Origin: Candidatus Eiseniibacteriota bacterium | GTDB taxonomy: Bacteria > Joyebacterota > Joyebacteria > Joyebacterales > Joyebacteraceae | Assembly: GCA_043819135.1 (NCBI GenBank) | Contig: JBDRFG010000019.1 | Span: forward strand, 1 to 21,794 | Direction: 5' to 3' | DNA: 21,794 nt | Notes under the pieces: generated by a model | What the model was told of the DNA's origin: nothing | The model's database searches: none | What the model saw: the letters and a program-made list of their open reading frames with translations, nothing else | Made by a program: the position numbers and the translations under genes | In this document: positions 18,679-21,794 of the stretch, in pieces | How the letters are laid out: each line of letters begins with the position of its first letter | Numbering within the stretch: position 1 is the stretch's first letter

Positions 18679-18827
18679 ATCGGCGGCTGCGACATTCGCA
18701 ATGCAATGAAGTCGGCTCCCACAGCCATCTGATCAGCGAATGCAGCTATCACACTTCGGTGTCACGCGTCTCGAGGGCTGCGTCGTATTGGCGGAAGCAG
18801 GAGTCGCACCACAGAAGGGAGGCTGGA

Positions 18828-19412
18828 ATGAGATCTGTCGTCGAGCGAAGGCCGAAGCATCTCCTAGTCGCGTGTACCGCGGTGCTGGCAGTCTGCATCT
18901 CGGTGCACTTGGTTTGGGCCGCCGACCCGATACTGGCCATCCGGCTCGGGGGCGGACAGGGTCGAAGCTATGGGATGGAGGATGTCGAGAGGATCACCTT
19001 CGACGTCGGTACGATTCACGTCATTACGCCCGAAGAAACAGACGACTACCGGGCTTGGTCATCTGAGCGGATCGAATTCCTGTGGGATGAATGGACTGGT
19101 ATCTCGGAACCTGATACCGGGGCTGATGTCCCAGGAATCCCCCACCTGCGGCAGAATAGACCAAACCCTTTCTCACCGGAGACATGGATATCCTTCGAGC
19201 TTCCGCAGGCAGGACGGACGGAACTCATGGTCTACACCGCTAGTGGTCGTCTTGTCCGCACCCTTCTTGACGAGGAGTGCATGGTCGGCCCAAACGCCGT
19301 GCTCTGGGACGGACGCGACGGATCGGGCCGCGATGTGGCAAGCGGCGTGTACTTCTGCGCACTGGAGGCTCCAGGGGTCAAGGAGAGCCGGAAGATGATC
19401 CTGCTGCGTTGA
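18828..19412 (+). CDS. Small secreted protein with FlgD-Ig tail
   Basis: RBS GGGAGG before ATG 18828 and a signal peptide. Two short repeats ending ERITF and ERIEF, then LRQNRPNPF…WDGRDGSGRDVASGVYF. Confidence 0.85.
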   Translation: MRSVVERRPKHLLVACTAVLAVCISVHLVWAADPILAIRLGGGQGRSYGMEDVERITFDVGTIHVITPEETDDYRAWSSERIEFLWDEWTGISEPDTGADVPGIPHLRQNRPNPFSPETWISFELPQAGRTELMVYTASGRLVRTLLDEECMVGPNAVLWDGRDGSGRDVASGVYFCALEAPGVKESRKMILLR

Positions 19413-19488
19413 GGGTCGGACTCGAGGGCAGCCATAAGAGGATTCCCATCAGCTACATGTAGGAACCGGAGCCTAGAGAGGAGAGGGT

Positions 19489-20544
19489 GTGATGACGAAG
19501 GTAGTGACTGTGGTCTTGGCAATTGCCATTCTGCTCGGCGCGTCCGTGAGTCAGGCAGCGTGGAATATGGAGGTGCATGAGGGAGCGACGCTTACCGAGT
19601 TCGAGCTGTCCAGCATTGACAGCCTGACGTTCATCTTCCACGAGGATCTCCTGATGGTTCTCGTTCCCGCTGGCTCATTCACGATGGGCGATGGAGCAGC
19701 GGCCTGTGGTCAGAGCGAGCGAGAAGTCACCCTCACGCGTGACTTCTTCCTTGGCGTGCGTGAAGTCACGAATCAGGAGTACATGGAGGCTCTCCAGTGG
19801 GCCTACGATCACGGGTATGTCACCGCCACGGTCACATCGGTGAGTGACGGCCTAGACGGGAGTACCGTGGAGCTCCTGGATCTGGATAGCTCCTACGGCT
19901 GCGAGATTCAGTTTGACGGTGCGGGGACGTTCTACCTGCGGGAATCGCCGTCGGGGCACGCGCAGGGCGCGTATCCAAGCGGGTACGACCCCGCGGACCA
20001 TCCGGTCAAGGTGGTGACCTGGTACGGAGCAGCAAGGTACTGCGACTGGCTGAGCCTCCAAGCCGACTTACCGCGGACCTATGAGCATTCGGGCGACTGG
20101 TCGTTCAGCGTGGGGCATCCGTACGACGAGGCTGGCTACAGACTCCCGACTGATGCCGAGTGGGAGTACGCGGCGCAGTGGGATGATGAGCGCATCTACC
20201 CGTGGGGGGATGAGGCGCCGGACTGCAGCCGGGCCAACTACTCTGGCTGCGTGGGCTGGACCACTCCTGTCGGCAGCTATCCTGACGCTCCGCAAGCGCT
20301 AGGGCTTTCTGACATGGCTGGCAATGATCTGGAGTTCTGCAACGACTGGTGGTCCTGTGACTTGGGTACGGCATCTGTGACCGACCCAGTAGGACCGGAG
20401 AGTGGTTCGGCTCGTGTGATTCACGGCGGATCTTGGCGCTGCGTGGCCCCGTACTTGGCGTGCGCCCATAGGGAGTCCTACGCGACGCCGAGCTTCGTCA
20501 AAGACTGCCTCGGGCTTCGCGTCGCCAGAACCGCTTCTCCCTGA
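19489..20544 (+). CDS. Secreted formylglycine-generating-enzyme (FGE-sulfatase/SUMF1) fold protein
   Basis: MVLVPAGSFTMG, EVTNQEY, HPVKVVTWYGAARYCDW, YRLPTDAEWEYAA, YPWG, GLSDMAGN and GGSW. Confidence 0.9.
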   Translation: MMTKVVTVVLAIAILLGASVSQAAWNMEVHEGATLTEFELSSIDSLTFIFHEDLLMVLVPAGSFTMGDGAAACGQSEREVTLTRDFFLGVREVTNQEYMEALQWAYDHGYVTATVTSVSDGLDGSTVELLDLDSSYGCEIQFDGAGTFYLRESPSGHAQGAYPSGYDPADHPVKVVTWYGAARYCDWLSLQADLPRTYEHSGDWSFSVGHPYDEAGYRLPTDAEWEYAAQWDDERIYPWGDEAPDCSRANYSGCVGWTTPVGSYPDAPQALGLSDMAGNDLEFCNDWWSCDLGTASVTDPVGPESGSARVIHGGSWRCVAPYLACAHRESYATPSFVKDCLGLRVARTASP

Positions 20545-20780
20545 CTCCCTGCTCCCGAGTCACCGCATCCTCCCGGGGCACAGCGACGTGCATGAGCGTG
20601 GAATACGAAGTGTCGCGACAGCGGGCGCAGGCATCTAAGCGTGCGTCGACGTCGAACGGCAGCGCGGCATGACCCAAGAGGGGACCGCCCACAGCGGAAG
20701 CGCGTTCGGCACCGCAGCAACCCTGCCGGTGCTGCGGAGTTTGCTGGGCCGTGCTCGCTGCCCGGGAAGGATGCGCCATC

Positions 20781-21010
20781 ATGCGCGCACCAGTGTGTTG
20801 CCTGGCGCTTCTACTGGCTGCGATTCTCTCGCAGTGGGGTGCGTCGGCGTGATTCAACCCCCTCGCGGGACCGATGCCTTTGGCAGTGGTTAATCGGATC
20901 CCTGGCTCATGGCGATTGGGTCCGACACACCAAGGACTGCGGTCTACGAGGATGGAACGATCACTTATGTGCAGTCCGCTGTGCGCCCCCGTGTGTTGTC
21001 AGGCCATCTC
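20781..21010 (+). pseudogene. Possible remnant of a secreted protein or lipoprotein gene
   Basis: A purine-rich RBS-like stretch precedes ATG 20781, which gives a signal-peptide-like MRAPVCCLALLLAAILS that stops early. In another frame, LAVGC and a protein-like DPWLMAIGSDTPRTAVYEDGTITY run into the stop of TldD copy 3. Confidence 0.3.
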
Positions 21011-21794
21011 CTACATCCCCGGCCGCCCCCCAACCATCGCCGGCTCACCCGCGCTGCTCGCCGTGAACTCCATCTCCTCCACCAGAATGTCTGGCGTGAC
21101 AACGGCCATGCGGTAGTACATGCCCGGGCCGACGGACTGCCCCATGTTCGTGAGCTCGGGCTCCTTGCCCAGCGCGTAGATGTCCCGGAGTGTCCGGATG
21201 CTCAGCTCATCGAACGCGAGACCACGCACGGGCTCCATCCGACCATCGTCCGCGTAGACCTTGTAGGCGACGACCGGTCCCCGTCAGAAGTGCCGAGCCC
21301 GGCTCGTCGAAGCTCTCGGTCCACCGGTACTGACGTGAGATGTCCGGCACATCAAGACGCGTGATCAGGAGCCCGAACTCGCTGTCGAAGTCACGAGCCA
21401 GGTTCCGCAGCTCCTTCACCAGGTCCTTCTTCATTTTCTCGGACTGCACGAACAGGTTCGAGGCCGCCGGCACGGTCCACTGATTCGGGAACGTGATGGC
21501 GTGGCCGTTGGATTCCGTCAGCTTCTTGGTCGGGCCGCGGCTGGTCGGCAGCCCCACGAGCTTTCCGTCCTCCACGAGCGTCAGGTCCTCGGTCGGCACG
21601 CCCTCGTCATCGACGAGCTTGTAGCCGGCGAGCAACTGACCCTCCCAGCTCTTGCGCGTGGGCTCGTCCCGCACCGTCATGAACTCGGGCATCACGCGCC
21701 GGTTGAGCTTCCCAGCGAGCTTCGCGCCGGGCAAGTAGTCCTTCATCCACTCCTCGGCGAGGAGGGGAGACTTCGCCGGCGACAGCTGCCCGGC
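21011..21794 (-). CDS. TldD/PmbA-family metallopeptidase, 3' part (copy 3; continues beyond the window; +1 frameshift at 21279-21282)
   Basis: The frame is open from the window edge (AGQLSPAKSPLLAEEW…), beyond where copies 1 and 2 start. An extra C (CCCC, where copies 1 and 2 are one base shorter) splits it into ORFs 21207-21746 and 21011-21238. It ends GGRPGM* rather than GGRP*. Confidence 0.75.

Noticed and set aside
19489..20544. Diversity-generating retroelement
   Set aside because: No reverse transcriptase or template repeat is present in the window.

Overview
GC-rich bacterial DNA. The secreted proteins end in FlgD-Ig tails or a SWxx[IV]KxLYR tail, which suggests an FCB-group lineage such as Ca. 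Eisenbacteria, Latescibacterota or Krumholzibacteriota (inference). Three same-orientation copies of the 3' ~720-780 bp of a TldD/PmbA-family gene organise the window (117-875, 12488-13215, 21011->21794). Copies 1 and 2 lack the 5' part of the gene. Copy 3 stays open to the window edge but has a 1-nt frameshift. The copies bracket two cargo blocks of ~11.6 kb and ~7.8 kb that share one plan. Each has an FG-GAP-repeat sensor histidine kinase, a sigma54 (NtrC-type) response regulator and a GG-N10-GC promoter. That promoter precedes a SWxxIKxLYR-tailed secreted protein, then a short FlgD-Ig-tailed protein, then a partner with no sorting tail (a fibre-like protein with a peptidase-G2-like chaperone, or an FGE-sulfatase-fold protein). 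Block A also carries an SBBP-repeat/FlgD protein and a hypothetical gene behind a near-consensus sigma70 promoter and a ~240-nt hairpin-rich leader. No integrase or transposase is visible. A degenerate tRNA 3' end lies at the left edge. Best candidate for a new system: an integrase-free tandem cassette array that grows at the 3' end of tldD/pmbA and carries sensor-regulated surface-protein modules.
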